A stretch of DNA of 64,000 nt from Solirubrobacteraceae bacterium (GCA_035295205.1 DATGJM010000147.1:407-64406), one strand, 5' to 3'. Shown: positions 50,701-58,867, counted from the first letter of the stretch. Made by a program: numbers and translations. Notes: generated by a model from the sequence alone, not told the origin.

Positions 50701-50803
50701 CACCCCCGCGCCGGACATCGCCGAGAACGAGGGCGTTGCGCCCACGGCGCCGTCCAAGCGTTCGCCCAAGGGCCGTAACCGCCGTCACGGGAGGCGTCGC
50801 TGA
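47750..50803 (+). CDS. secDF: Fused protein translocase subunit SecDF
   Basis: LGLDLKGG, LRLGALP, DANIVIFERVKEE, LGIDFTSG, GYSLYDTIIVFDRVREN; charged C-terminal tail. Confidence 0.95.
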   Translation: MTDRQRNGFILLLVLGLLVVSGVIMTQDKTRLGLDLKGGVELTYQAEPTVQTPKVTPDALQHAVDIMRSRVDQIGVSEPDIRTSGGSIVAALPDVQDISRAERIVGTTAQMAFYDWEANLIIPGSKPLITVAQGLKTQDQTAIEMSQGSGAPGAGSQSLYDAVKLASQQPPQASSDNSHTLPIYYLFGTPGSPACAAAAKFYGVPNVVGAHCLLSGPDDNTTDLYTGLPTGVTKAEAQSSGQVLAVPRGTVVLQAANASATKKVSFEDPSAQFYVLHDHVALFGNEISNPQQSTDPNTGEPDVTFGFNGKGKNEFQKITAAIALRGELVSTGTTQLKQHFAVALDNQLVTVPLIDYKLYPDGIPGDTGADITGGFTIQQAQDLATQLRLGALPVKLKLISSSQVSATLGKQALNQGLLAGLAGLLIVVIFLLVYYRVLGAIATVGLIVYGAYFYALIKLIPITLTLPGIAGLILTIGVAADANIVIFERVKEEIRAGRSIRQGIAIGYRKGLTAIIDANVVTIITAFILFVLATADVQGFAFTLGIGTFVSLFTAVMATQAILTSMGSSRLIASPSALGAGGKKRVWRFDFMGASRYFFSMSGVILLVGALAIGGRGLNLGIDFTSGTRVTLGLQHAATEAQVRSIVSAAGGTDAIIQRVSGDPTLGPYGFQIESKKLQPSSVTQVRTNLDTRFGLRANTTGGQDFSFSSVGPSFGKTVANSALVAIIASLVVISVYVALRFEWKFAVPVLIALMHDLLITSGVYSLTGREVTTATVAALLTILGYSLYDTIIVFDRVRENIPRMPRAAFSQIVNRSMSEVLTRSLATTSCTLLPILSLLLFGGSTLQDFAFALLIGVASGAYSSIFIASPVLTHWKEREAGFRHRRERIEEEFGHVPAYASAAADIEPEARRPRRAGRLTAPEPEGVSAAEFEQMKRELGLEEERRAARQTSTLTKRLSHSPEAEAPQRDQTADGGDGAAREVTPAPDIAENEGVAPTAPSKRSPKGRNRRHGRRR

Positions 50804-51069
50804 TGGGCCTGCTCGCCTGGGTATGCATGGGTCTCGCCCTCTGGCACTTCACGATCTGGCTGCCCGACCGCCACTGGGGCGGGATCGTGGGCGCCTTCCT
50901 CGGGGCGCTGATCGGAGCGGCCCTGTTCGGCTGGGTCGTAAACGGCCTCCACATCCCGGGGCGACACGCCACCACGGTCGGGACCGCGCTCGAGGCGATC
51001 CCAGGCGCCCTGATCGGGATGGCGATCGTGTACTTCGTGGGCATGCGCCGCGAACAGCCCGAGGCCTAG
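50803..51069 (+). CDS. Small membrane protein (transglycosylase-associated/GlsB-like)
   Basis: MGLLAWV..GLA...GAFLGALIG...GALIG; coupled to secDF by a TGATG overlap. Confidence 0.7.
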   Translation: MGLLAWVCMGLALWHFTIWLPDRHWGGIVGAFLGALIGAALFGWVVNGLHIPGRHATTVGTALEAIPGALIGMAIVYFVGMRREQPEA

Positions 51070-51070
51070 T

Positions 51071-51189
51071 CCGGCGCGGGGTCTGGCCGGGGTTGCGGTC
51101 TGCCCCGGTCACGGGCCTCGTTCGCGGTCGCGGCCTGGCCGGGGTCGCGGTCTGCCCGGGGTCGCGGTCTGCCCGGGGTCGCGGTCTCC
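51071..51189 (+). repeat. Degenerate 17-bp tandem repeat (CCGGGGTCGCGGTCTGC)
   Basis: Three near-perfect units at 51139-51189 plus decayed units upstream. Confidence 0.85.
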
Positions 51190-51241
51190 CCGGCCGCGCG
51201 GCCTAACCCCGCACGCCGCCTTCCCAGGCCCTCCCGGCCCC

Positions 51242-51349
51242 GAAAAAGTGCAAATCGGGTCGCGCGCTCCGACGATTTGCACCTTTTGTGCCCTGAGAGC
51301 ACGGAACGTGAGAACCGATCCGGGTCGCTGACAGGTTTGCGCGTTTTTC
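51242..51349. repeat. AT-richer inverted-repeat (REP/MITE-like) element
   Basis: AAAAAGTGCAAATCG (51243-51257) pairs with CGATTTGCACCTTTT (51273-51287); a second decayed arm pair AACGTGAGAACC/GGTTTGCGCGTT follows. Confidence 0.6.
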
Positions 51350-51361
51350 ATCGGGGAGTGA

Positions 51362-51469
51362 GGCCGCGGGGTTGGAGCCGCCCACCTGGGCCGCGGGGTT
51401 GGGGCCGCTGACCTGGGCCGCGGGGTTGGGGCCGCCGACCTGGGCCGCGGGGTTGGGGCCGCCGACCTG
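51362..51469 (+). repeat. 27-bp tandem repeat x4 (GGCCGCGGGGTTGGGGCCGCCGACCTG)
   Basis: Units at 51362, 51389, 51416 and 51443. Confidence 0.93.
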
Positions 51470-51513
51470 GGTCGCGGGCCCGGGGTCGCGGAGGGCGGGT
51501 CGCTCCGGCGGGC

Positions 51514-51578
51514 CGCGCGGCGGGGGAACCAGCGCGCGGCGGGGGAACCACAGCGCGCGGCGGGGGAACCACAGCGCG
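51514..51578 (+). repeat. About 21-bp tandem repeat x3 (GCGCGCGGCGGGGGAACCACA)
   Basis: Three GCGCGGCGGGGGAACCA cores; the first unit is 2 bp shorter. Confidence 0.88.
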
Positions 51579-51655
51579 GGGCGGGCCCCAGGGCGAGGCC
51601 GCTCCCGGACGCGTGCCGGCGGTTTTCCGTCGGGAGCGGGCCATACGCTGCCGCC

Positions 51656-54190
51656 ATGGCCCAGGCCGCCCTCGCGTTAGCCGAACCACTTCCCGACGCG
51701 CCCGCTCTCGAGCTTGTCCACGCCTCGGCGAAGCGCCGGGCACTGCCGCGTCTCGAGCTCCCGGCATATGACCTGCGAGACGCGCTGAACCTTCGCCGCG
51801 AGCTGGGCATCAGCCACGTGCTTGCCCAGGTGCTGGCCCGCCGAGGCCTGGCGGATCCCGCCGCGGCGCGCGACTTCCTGCATCCGAGCGAGCGCCACGA
51901 CCCGAGCCGCTTTGCCGGGATCGAGGGCGCGGTCGCCGTCATCGAGCGCCACATCAAGGCCGGGACGCGCATCACCGTGCACGGCGACTACGACGTCGAC
52001 GGTGTGTGCGCCACCACCGTGCTCGTCCGTGCCCTGCGAGCCCTGGGGGCCAACGTCGGCTGGTTCCTGCCCGCCCGCATCGACGACGGCTACGGGCTCT
52101 CGCTCGACACGGTCCGTCGCCTGGCCCAGCGCGGGACCGAGCTGCTCGTGACCGTCGACTGCGCGATCACGGCAACGCAAGAGGTCCAGGCGGCGCGCGA
52201 CCTCGGGCTCGAGGTGGTCGTCACCGACCACCACGCTCCCCGCCCCGACGGGCGCCTACCGCCCTGCCCGATCGTGCACCCGGCCGTGTGCGGCTATCCG
52301 TGCGAGAGCCTGTGCGGGACCGCCGTGGCCCATAAGCTGGCCGAGGCCCTCGGGGCGCCCACAGTCGCCGACGACCTCGAGCTCGTGGCGCTGGCCACGG
52401 TCGCCGATCTGATGCCGCTGCAGGGCGAGAACCGCCGGCTCGTCCGCGAGGGCCTGCACGCGCTGGCCAACACCGCCCGCCCCGGCCTGCGCGCGCTGAT
52501 GGAGGTCTCGCGCTGTGACCCGAGCGAGCTCGACACGCACGCGCTGGGGTTTCGCCTGGCCCCGCGGATCAACGCCGCCGGCCGGCTGCGCCGGGCGGAT
52601 TCCGGCGTGGAGCTGCTCCTCACGGAGGATCCCCGGCGGGCGGCTGAGATCGCCGCCGAGCTCGACGCGATCAACACGGAGCGCCGTGCCGTCGAGCAGC
52701 GGATCACCTGGGAGGCTGAGGCCCAAGTCGCCGAGCTGGGCGAGCGCTTCGGGTACGTGCTCGCCTCAGAGGACTGGCACCCCGGCGTGATCGGGATCGT
52801 GGCCTCGCGGATCGTCGAGCGCCATCACCGCCCGACCCTGCTCGTGGCGCTGGACGGCGAGCTCGGCACCGGCTCGGGGCGGAGCATCCCCGGCTTCGAC
52901 CTGCTCGGGGCGCTGCAATCTGCCGCCGGCCATCTCGACCGTTACGGCGGCCACCGCGCTGCGGCGGGGCTGACCGTCCGCCGTGATCGGCTGGACGACC
53001 TTCGCAGCGCGTTCGAGGCGCACGCCGAGCACGTTCTCACCCCGGACCTGCTCGAGCCGGTGGAGCGCGTTGACGCGGTGGTGTCCGGGGCTGAGCTCGG
53101 TCTCGAGCTGGCCGAGGAGCTCGCGGCCCTGGAACCCTGTGGGCTGGGCAACCCGCGCTGTCGCCTGCTCGTCCCCGGGGCGCGCATCGAGGACATCCGG
53201 ACGATGGGGGAGGGCAGGCATGCCCGGTTCTCGGTCGTCTCCGGGGGTGCTCGGGCGCGGGGGGTTGCCTTCGGCTGCGACGGCGATCCCGGGGCGACGG
53301 CGGGCGAGCCTGTCGACGCCACCTTCCGCCTCGAGCGCAACTGCTGGAACGGTGCCGTCGAGCCGCGGCTCGTCCTCGGGCACGCGCGCGCGTGCCGCCG
53401 CGCGCCGATCGCCGTCCTCGGCGAGCCCGAGCGTTATCTGGCCGGGGTGCTCGCCGAGCTCGACGCGCCACTGACCGCCGCCACCGTCGACGCCCCCGCC
53501 GCCCGGCGCACGATCCTCGACGCCACGGGCCCCCGGCGCACGATCCTCGACGCAGCCGCCCCCCGGCGCACCATCCTCGACCGCCGCGGCGAGAGCCCGC
53601 TCGCGGTTCTGGCTGATGCGCTCGCCACCGGCGAACCGGTGCTGGCGCTGTGCGCGGACGTCTCCCGCCGGCTGCCGGGCCTGGCCTCCCGCACCGGCGG
53701 CTTCGCGCTCGCCGCCTATCACGCACTCGAACGCTCGCCCGAGCTCGCGCAGGCATATACCCACATCATCGCCCTCGATCCGCCGGCCGCGCCCATCGTC
53801 ACGGACGGGCCCGGGTACGCCCATCTGTGCTGGGGCGAGGCTGAGCTACGCTTTGCTCAGCAGATGCACGAGCTCGAGTACGGTCTCCGCACTTGGCTCG
53901 CGACCCTCTACCGGGTGGTCAGAACCCGCGCGAGGGTGGCCGGCGAGGAGCTCGAGCGCCTGCTTCGCGGCGACGCATCGCAGCCACGCCCGGCACGGAT
54001 CGGGGGCCGGCTCGTCAGGGTCCTCGCGGAGCTGGAGCTCGTCAGCCTCGACCGCGAACTGCCGGCCCTGGCGTTGGCGGGCACGGCGCAGACAGCGCTC
54101 GATCGCTCCGCCGCGTTCAGGGCGTACAGCCAGAGACTCGAGGACGGACGCACATACCTGAGCAGCCTGGATCAACTGGTTCCCAGCTAG
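51656..54190 (+). CDS. recJ: Single-stranded DNA exonuclease RecJ with C-terminal extension
   Basis: HGDYDVDG, DGYGL, TVDC, TDHH, ATVAD, APRINAAGRL, GSGRS, GGHRAAAG; TACGCT 6 nt before the ATG. Confidence 0.95.
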   Translation: MAQAALALAEPLPDAPALELVHASAKRRALPRLELPAYDLRDALNLRRELGISHVLAQVLARRGLADPAAARDFLHPSERHDPSRFAGIEGAVAVIERHIKAGTRITVHGDYDVDGVCATTVLVRALRALGANVGWFLPARIDDGYGLSLDTVRRLAQRGTELLVTVDCAITATQEVQAARDLGLEVVVTDHHAPRPDGRLPPCPIVHPAVCGYPCESLCGTAVAHKLAEALGAPTVADDLELVALATVADLMPLQGENRRLVREGLHALANTARPGLRALMEVSRCDPSELDTHALGFRLAPRINAAGRLRRADSGVELLLTEDPRRAAEIAAELDAINTERRAVEQRITWEAEAQVAELGERFGYVLASEDWHPGVIGIVASRIVERHHRPTLLVALDGELGTGSGRSIPGFDLLGALQSAAGHLDRYGGHRAAAGLTVRRDRLDDLRSAFEAHAEHVLTPDLLEPVERVDAVVSGAELGLELAEELAALEPCGLGNPRCRLLVPGARIEDIRTMGEGRHARFSVVSGGARARGVAFGCDGDPGATAGEPVDATFRLERNCWNGAVEPRLVLGHARACRRAPIAVLGEPERYLAGVLAELDAPLTAATVDAPAARRTILDATGPRRTILDAAAPRRTILDRRGESPLAVLADALATGEPVLALCADVSRRLPGLASRTGGFALAAYHALERSPELAQAYTHIIALDPPAAPIVTDGPGYAHLCWGEAELRFAQQMHELEYGLRTWLATLYRVVRTRARVAGEELERLLRGDASQPRPARIGGRLVRVLAELELVSLDRELPALALAGTAQTALDRSAAFRAYSQRLEDGRTYLSSLDQLVPS
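53487..53581 (+). repeat. In-frame 30-bp tandem repeat x3 inside recJ
   Basis: Encodes APAARRTILD ATGPRRTILD AAAPRRTILD. Confidence 0.9.
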
Positions 54191-54297
54191 ACCCCGAAAT
54201 CTCGGGGACGGCTCCGGACGTCCCTGTCCCTGTCCGTAAGCGCAACGGGCCGGCGAAGAGCGGGCCGGCCGGCCGCCACGCCCGCCAGGCGGGACTG

Positions 54298-56589
54298 GTG
54301 ACCCGTGCGCCCGTCGATCGTCTCGAGCATCCCGAGGCCCGCCGCGAGGTCGAAGACGTCAAGCTCACCGCCAACGAGCGGCTGCTGCTCTCGGACCTGT
54401 TCGCGATCGTCGAGGAGCACGCGCACGAGGCGGCGGCGCCGATCGACCGCGAACGGGTCCAGCACGCGTTCGTGTTCGCCTGCCTCCACCATGCCGATCA
54501 GCGCCGCCGGTCCGGCGAGGACTTCATCATCCATCCGGTTGGCGTGGCCAAGATCTGCGCCGGGATGCGGCTGGACACCGAGACCCTCTGCGCGGCGCTG
54601 CTGCACGACACGGTCGAGGACACCTCGGCCTCGCTGGAGGAGGTCACGAGCGAGTTCGGCGAGGAGGTCGGCGGGCTCGTCGACGGCGTGACCAAGCTGA
54701 CCGGGCTGACGTTCCAGTCCCGCGATGAGGCCCAGGCCGAGAACTACCGCAAGATGATGGTTGCGATGGCCTCGGACATCCGGGTCATCCTCATCAAGCT
54801 GGCCGATCGCCTGCACAACATGCGCACGATCGCCGCCATGCCCAAGCAGAAGCAGATCGACAAGGCGCGCGAGACGCTCGACATCTACGCGCCGATCGCC
54901 CACCGGCTCGGCATCCACGCGATCAAGTGGGAGCTCGAGGACCTCGCCTTCCAGACGCTTCACCCGCGCAAGTACAACGAGATCAAGGAGCTCGTCGCCC
55001 AGCAGCGCGCCGAGCGCGAGCGCTACATCAACCAGGCGGGCGACTACCTGGACAAGGAGCTCGACGAGATCGGCGTCGAAGCCGAGATCTCCGGCCGCGC
55101 CAAGCACTTCTACTCGATCTACTCGAAGATGACCAAGAAGGGCCGCGAGTTCAACGAGATCTACGACCTGACGGCGCTGCGGGTGATCGTCGCCTCGACG
55201 AAGGACTGCTACGGCGCCGTGGGCGTGATCCACTCGCTGTGGAAGCCGCTGCCCGGGCGGTTCAAGGACTTCATTGCGATGCCCAAGTTCAACATGTACC
55301 AGTCGCTGCACACGACGGTGATCGGGCCCGAGGGCAGGCCGCTGGAGATCCAGATCCGCACCCGCGAGATGCATGACCTGGCCGAGTTCGGGATCGCCGC
55401 GCACTGGATGTACAAGGAGGGCGCGCCGCGTAACGCCGTGCTCACGAGCGATGGCGACGGCAAGTTGAAGTGGCTGCGCTCGCTGCTGGACTGGCAGCAG
55501 GAGGAATCGGACCCGCGGGAGTTCATGGATGCCCTGAAGGTCGACCTGTTCGAGGACGAGGTCTTCGTGTTCACCCCGAAGGGCGAGGTGAAATCGCTGG
55601 CGGCAGGCGCAACCCCACTGGACTTCGCCTACGAGATCCACACCGACGTCGGTCACCGCTGCGTGGGCGCCAAGGTCAACGGAAAGATCGTGCCGCTGTC
55701 GTATCAGCTGCGCTCCGGCGACATCGTCGAGGTGCTGACCTCGAAGCGGGAACGCGGGCCGAGCCGCGACTGGCTGGCGCTGGTGAAGACCACTCGCGCG
55801 CGCAACAAGATCAAGGCCTGGTTCAAGGCCGAGAACCGCAAGGACACCGAGCACTCCGGCCGCGAGCTTCTCCAGGACCACCTGCGCAAGCAGGGGCTGC
55901 CGGCCCAGAAGATCGTCGGCTCGACCCTGCTGGCCGACGTCATCCGCGAGATGGGCTTCCGCAAGGCGGACGACTTCTACATCGCCCTCGGCGGGGCCAA
56001 GATCTCGGCCAAGGTCGTCGTGAACAAGGTCATGCAGCGCCTGAAGGAGGGCGAGGCCGCCGACTCCGAGCCCACCGCCACCGACGACCTGCTGCAGACG
56101 CGGCGGCGCCGCTCGCGCCCGACCACCTCGAGCTCGAAGTACGGGATCACGGTCGAGGGCGTGGACGACGTGATGCTCCGGATGGCGAAGTGCTGCCGTC
56201 CGGTGCCCGGCGACCCGATCGTGGGCTACATCTCGCTTGGGCGCGGGATCACGATCCACCGCTCGGACTGTCCGAACGTGGCTGTGCTCAAGCGCGATCC
56301 GGACCGCTTCACCGCCGTGTCGTGGGACGGCGACGCCGAGACGTCGTTCCGGGTCGAGATCCAGGTCGACGGCTGGGACCGCCATCGCCTGCTCGAGGAC
56401 ATGTCACGCACGTTCGCCGAGGCCGGCATCAACATCGTCGAGGCCCGCTGCACGGTCAACCACCCGATGGTCAAGAACCGCTTCGTGGTCGAGGTGGGGG
56501 ATACGCGCACGCTCGACCAGACGATCAACCGCCTGCGCAATATCGACGCGGTGTTCGACGCCTACCGGGTGACCCCCGGCGCCGGCTGA
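54298..56589 (+). CDS. rel: Bifunctional (p)ppGpp synthetase/hydrolase (long RSH); start uncertain
   Basis: HD domain AALLHDTVEDT, IKLADRLHNMRT, APIAHRLG, GRAKHFYSIY, YQSLHT, EIQIRT, TGS, CC (AKCCRPVPGD), ACT. The first canonical start after recJ is GTG 54298. Confidence 0.95.
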   Translation: MTRAPVDRLEHPEARREVEDVKLTANERLLLSDLFAIVEEHAHEAAAPIDRERVQHAFVFACLHHADQRRRSGEDFIIHPVGVAKICAGMRLDTETLCAALLHDTVEDTSASLEEVTSEFGEEVGGLVDGVTKLTGLTFQSRDEAQAENYRKMMVAMASDIRVILIKLADRLHNMRTIAAMPKQKQIDKARETLDIYAPIAHRLGIHAIKWELEDLAFQTLHPRKYNEIKELVAQQRAERERYINQAGDYLDKELDEIGVEAEISGRAKHFYSIYSKMTKKGREFNEIYDLTALRVIVASTKDCYGAVGVIHSLWKPLPGRFKDFIAMPKFNMYQSLHTTVIGPEGRPLEIQIRTREMHDLAEFGIAAHWMYKEGAPRNAVLTSDGDGKLKWLRSLLDWQQEESDPREFMDALKVDLFEDEVFVFTPKGEVKSLAAGATPLDFAYEIHTDVGHRCVGAKVNGKIVPLSYQLRSGDIVEVLTSKRERGPSRDWLALVKTTRARNKIKAWFKAENRKDTEHSGRELLQDHLRKQGLPAQKIVGSTLLADVIREMGFRKADDFYIALGGAKISAKVVVNKVMQRLKEGEAADSEPTATDDLLQTRRRRSRPTTSSSKYGITVEGVDDVMLRMAKCCRPVPGDPIVGYISLGRGITIHRSDCPNVAVLKRDPDRFTAVSWDGDAETSFRVEIQVDGWDRHRLLEDMSRTFAEAGINIVEARCTVNHPMVKNRFVVEVGDTRTLDQTINRLRNIDAVFDAYRVTPGAG

Positions 56590-56594
56590 GGCGC

Positions 56595-58022
56595 CTAGAG
56601 CGACGGACCATCGCGCTGGCGGCGCGCGGCCACCCGCATCACCCGCACGCGCATCGACGGGAGCTTCGTGATCGCCACGGCCTCGCCGGTGCGCAGCGAC
56701 TTGATCGTGTTCGGGTGCACGACCGGCTGCTCGACCTGTCGGCGGCTGCCGCGCGAGCCGCGAAGCCCTGCGTACCCGAGATTCCGGGTCTCGAGCCATC
56801 CCCATTCGGTCCCGGTCATCTGAGCCACCGCCTGGGCCGAGGCGGGCACGTCCTGGCGGTGGACGATCTTGACTGCGGTGTTGCCGAGAACCTGCTCCCG
56901 GACTCCCGGCGCCGCGCGGTCGAGGTCGGCCAGCTCCTGGGTCGCCAACAGCGCGCTGACCCCGGACTCGCGGCCGCGGGCGAGCAGGCCGACGACGTGA
57001 TCGGCGGCGAGCGCGGAGAACTCGTCGATTGCGACCACGGCCGGAGCCGGACCCCCGGTGGATGTGGTGAGCCGCTCCCCGGCGGCCGAGATCAGGTCCT
57101 GCACGACCATCGTCCCGATCTGGGCCGCGAGCTTGCCGTAGCTGCTCGAGTTCAGGCTGAACACGACCACCGCCTCCCCGCGGAGCGCCGCGCGCAGATC
57201 GATCTCGGGCTCACCCGGGCCGCCGCCGCCCAGGTAGCGGCCGGCGTGTGACTCGGTGAGGATCGCCAGCCGGGTGCCGAGCCCGCGCGCGGCGCTCGCC
57301 TGGTCGGGCGTGAGTCCTGACAGGTACTCATGCACGTGCGTCCGCAGCGGGTCGGGGGCGCGCTGGGCCAGCCGGGCGAGGCGGCGGGGCTCGCTCAGCC
57401 TCACGACCTCCTCGAGCGTCGGCGAACGCTCTGGGTGCACGCTCGCGAGCACGCTCAGCACCGTCTGCAGGTAGCGCTCCGCCGCACGCTGATAGTGGGG
57501 CTCGCTGAAGCGCTCGGTCGCGATCAGCTTGTCCTTGAGCTCGGTCGGGTTGCCGTGGGCGAGCGGGTTCCAGCGCGCCGGCCCGTCGGGGCTCCACACC
57601 ATGAACGGCCGTCCCGCCCTCTCGGCCGCGTCCGCGAGCGCCCGCGCGAACGCGGGCGAGCCCTTCAGGTCGAGCGCCACCACGGGCAGGCCCCGGGCGA
57701 TCCGGTCGCCGAGCACCGTGAGCAGGGTGGTCGACTTGCCGGCGCCGCTGGCGCCGAGGATCAGCGCGTGGGCGCCGAGCTCGTGGTCGGCGACGAGCAC
57801 CCGCCGGCCCGAACGGTCGTGGCCAAGCAGGAGGCCGCCGCCTGCCGAGTTCCGGCTTTCCGCGCGCCGGGCGCGCAGCAATCGGACAGCGCGCACGGCC
57901 AGCCGCGCGGCCGCGAGCGCTACGAGGACGGTGAGCGCCGCCCCGGGCGGCGCCATCAGCGCCAGCGCCAGGGCCGCGAGCGTCCACCAGGGCGTCCGCG
58001 AGCGTCTCTCAGGCGGGCTCAT
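56595..58022 (-). CDS. VirD4/TraD/TrwB-like type IV coupling ATPase
   Basis: N-terminal hydrophobic anchor; HALILGASGAGKST (Walker A); VVALDLKG; WNPL; VVAIDEF (Walker B); ARGRESGVSALLATQELADL; VLGNTAVKIVHRQ; VHPNTIKSLRTGEA. Confidence 0.88.
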   Translation of the reverse strand: MSPPERRSRTPWWTLAALALALMAPPGAALTVLVALAAARLAVRAVRLLRARRAESRNSAGGGLLLGHDRSGRRVLVADHELGAHALILGASGAGKSTTLLTVLGDRIARGLPVVALDLKGSPAFARALADAAERAGRPFMVWSPDGPARWNPLAHGNPTELKDKLIATERFSEPHYQRAAERYLQTVLSVLASVHPERSPTLEEVVRLSEPRRLARLAQRAPDPLRTHVHEYLSGLTPDQASAARGLGTRLAILTESHAGRYLGGGGPGEPEIDLRAALRGEAVVVFSLNSSSYGKLAAQIGTMVVQDLISAAGERLTTSTGGPAPAVVAIDEFSALAADHVVGLLARGRESGVSALLATQELADLDRAAPGVREQVLGNTAVKIVHRQDVPASAQAVAQMTGTEWGWLETRNLGYAGLRGSRGSRRQVEQPVVHPNTIKSLRTGEAVAITKLPSMRVRVMRVAARRQRDGPSL

Positions 58023-58774
58023 CTGGCGATCTGCCTGGTGCGGCGGCGCGCGGGGGCGCGCGGCGAGGCCGCCTGGCGGGTCGGATCGGCCATCGCCACC
58101 CGCTGGACCTGGACCATCGGTGTGATCCCCAGCCGGCGCGCCGAGGCCTCGATCTGGGCGCCAACGCGGCCGTCGCGGACCAGGTAGAGCACGACATCGA
58201 GGTTCGGGTCGCAGGCGTACCCCTCGAGGATGCGCTCGCGTCGCGCCTTCCCCTTCCCGGTGAGCTCGAGCTCGACCGCGATCCGGTGCCCCTGCGGGGT
58301 GACAAGGAGCAGGTCGGGATAGTGCAGCCGCTCCTGGCCGCCCGGGCCGAAACCGCCGAGCCGGACCGCCAGCTGGGGCTCCGAGCGCCGTCCCGGCCCG
58401 TCGCGCGAGCGCAGCTCGCGCTCGCCGATCACCTCCCGCAGCTCTCCGAACGCCCCGTCGCGGGCGGCCAGCCACAGCCAGGCCGCTCCCACGTCGTGCG
58501 CGTAGGTCCGCAGGTCGCGCTTGGGCACGGGCAGGGAGCTCCCGATCGCCGCCAGCCCGTCACGGGTGATCTGGTGGGTGGCCGGCGTGCGGTGGAAGAC
58601 GACGTCCCGCCGCACGAGCCCGGCGCGCCGCAGCGCCCTCAGCCTGGCGTGGGCCACGGGGGCCGACACGGCCAGGAAGATCTGGACATGGTCGGCCCGC
58701 ACGAACCGATGCGCGGCCACGAACCCGAGCAGCTCGCGGTCGCGCTCGGTGATCTGCAGGGAATCTGGCTCCAC
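58019..58774 (-). CDS. Replication-relaxation (Replic_Relax/MOBC-like) protein: wHTH + PD-(D/E)xK nuclease
   Basis: ITERDRELL..RF...RLRALRRAGLV (wHTH); AHD; PDLLL...IAVELELTGK...R..ILEGY; coupled to the ATPase gene by an ATGA overlap. Confidence 0.78.
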   Translation of the reverse strand: MEPDSLQITERDRELLGFVAAHRFVRADHVQIFLAVSAPVAHARLRALRRAGLVRRDVVFHRTPATHQITRDGLAAIGSSLPVPKRDLRTYAHDVGAAWLWLAARDGAFGELREVIGERELRSRDGPGRRSEPQLAVRLGGFGPGGQERLHYPDLLLVTPQGHRIAVELELTGKGKARRERILEGYACDPNLDVVLYLVRDGRVGAQIEASARRLGITPMVQVQRVAMADPTRQAASPRAPARRRTRQIAR

Positions 58775-58817
58775 ATAGTTAAGAGCCCCGAGCGACCCCG
58801 AATTCACCCCCCCACAG

Positions 58818-58850
58818 AAAAACGAGTGCGGGGCCGCCAAGGCCCCGCAC
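58818..58850 (-). terminator. Intrinsic terminator-like hairpin
   Basis: Perfect 10-bp stem GTGCGGGGCC/GGCCCCGCAC, followed on the minus strand by TCGTTTTTCT, 17 nt after the stop of the secreted-protein gene. Confidence 0.7.
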
Positions 58851-58867
58851 CCCTCGATGTCAACGGG

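Noticed and set aside
51070-51600. Possible CRISPR array
   Set aside because: Repeats are head-to-tail with no unique spacers, and no cas genes are present in the window.
51109-51975. Pro/Arg-rich repeat protein on the minus strand
   Set aside because: Simply the translation of the intergenic tandem repeats plus antisense recJ; no support as a gene.
58023-58475. 151-aa N-terminal extension of the coupling ATPase
   Set aside because: Overlaps the relaxase-like gene in another frame; the ATGA overlap at 58019-58022 gives a better start.
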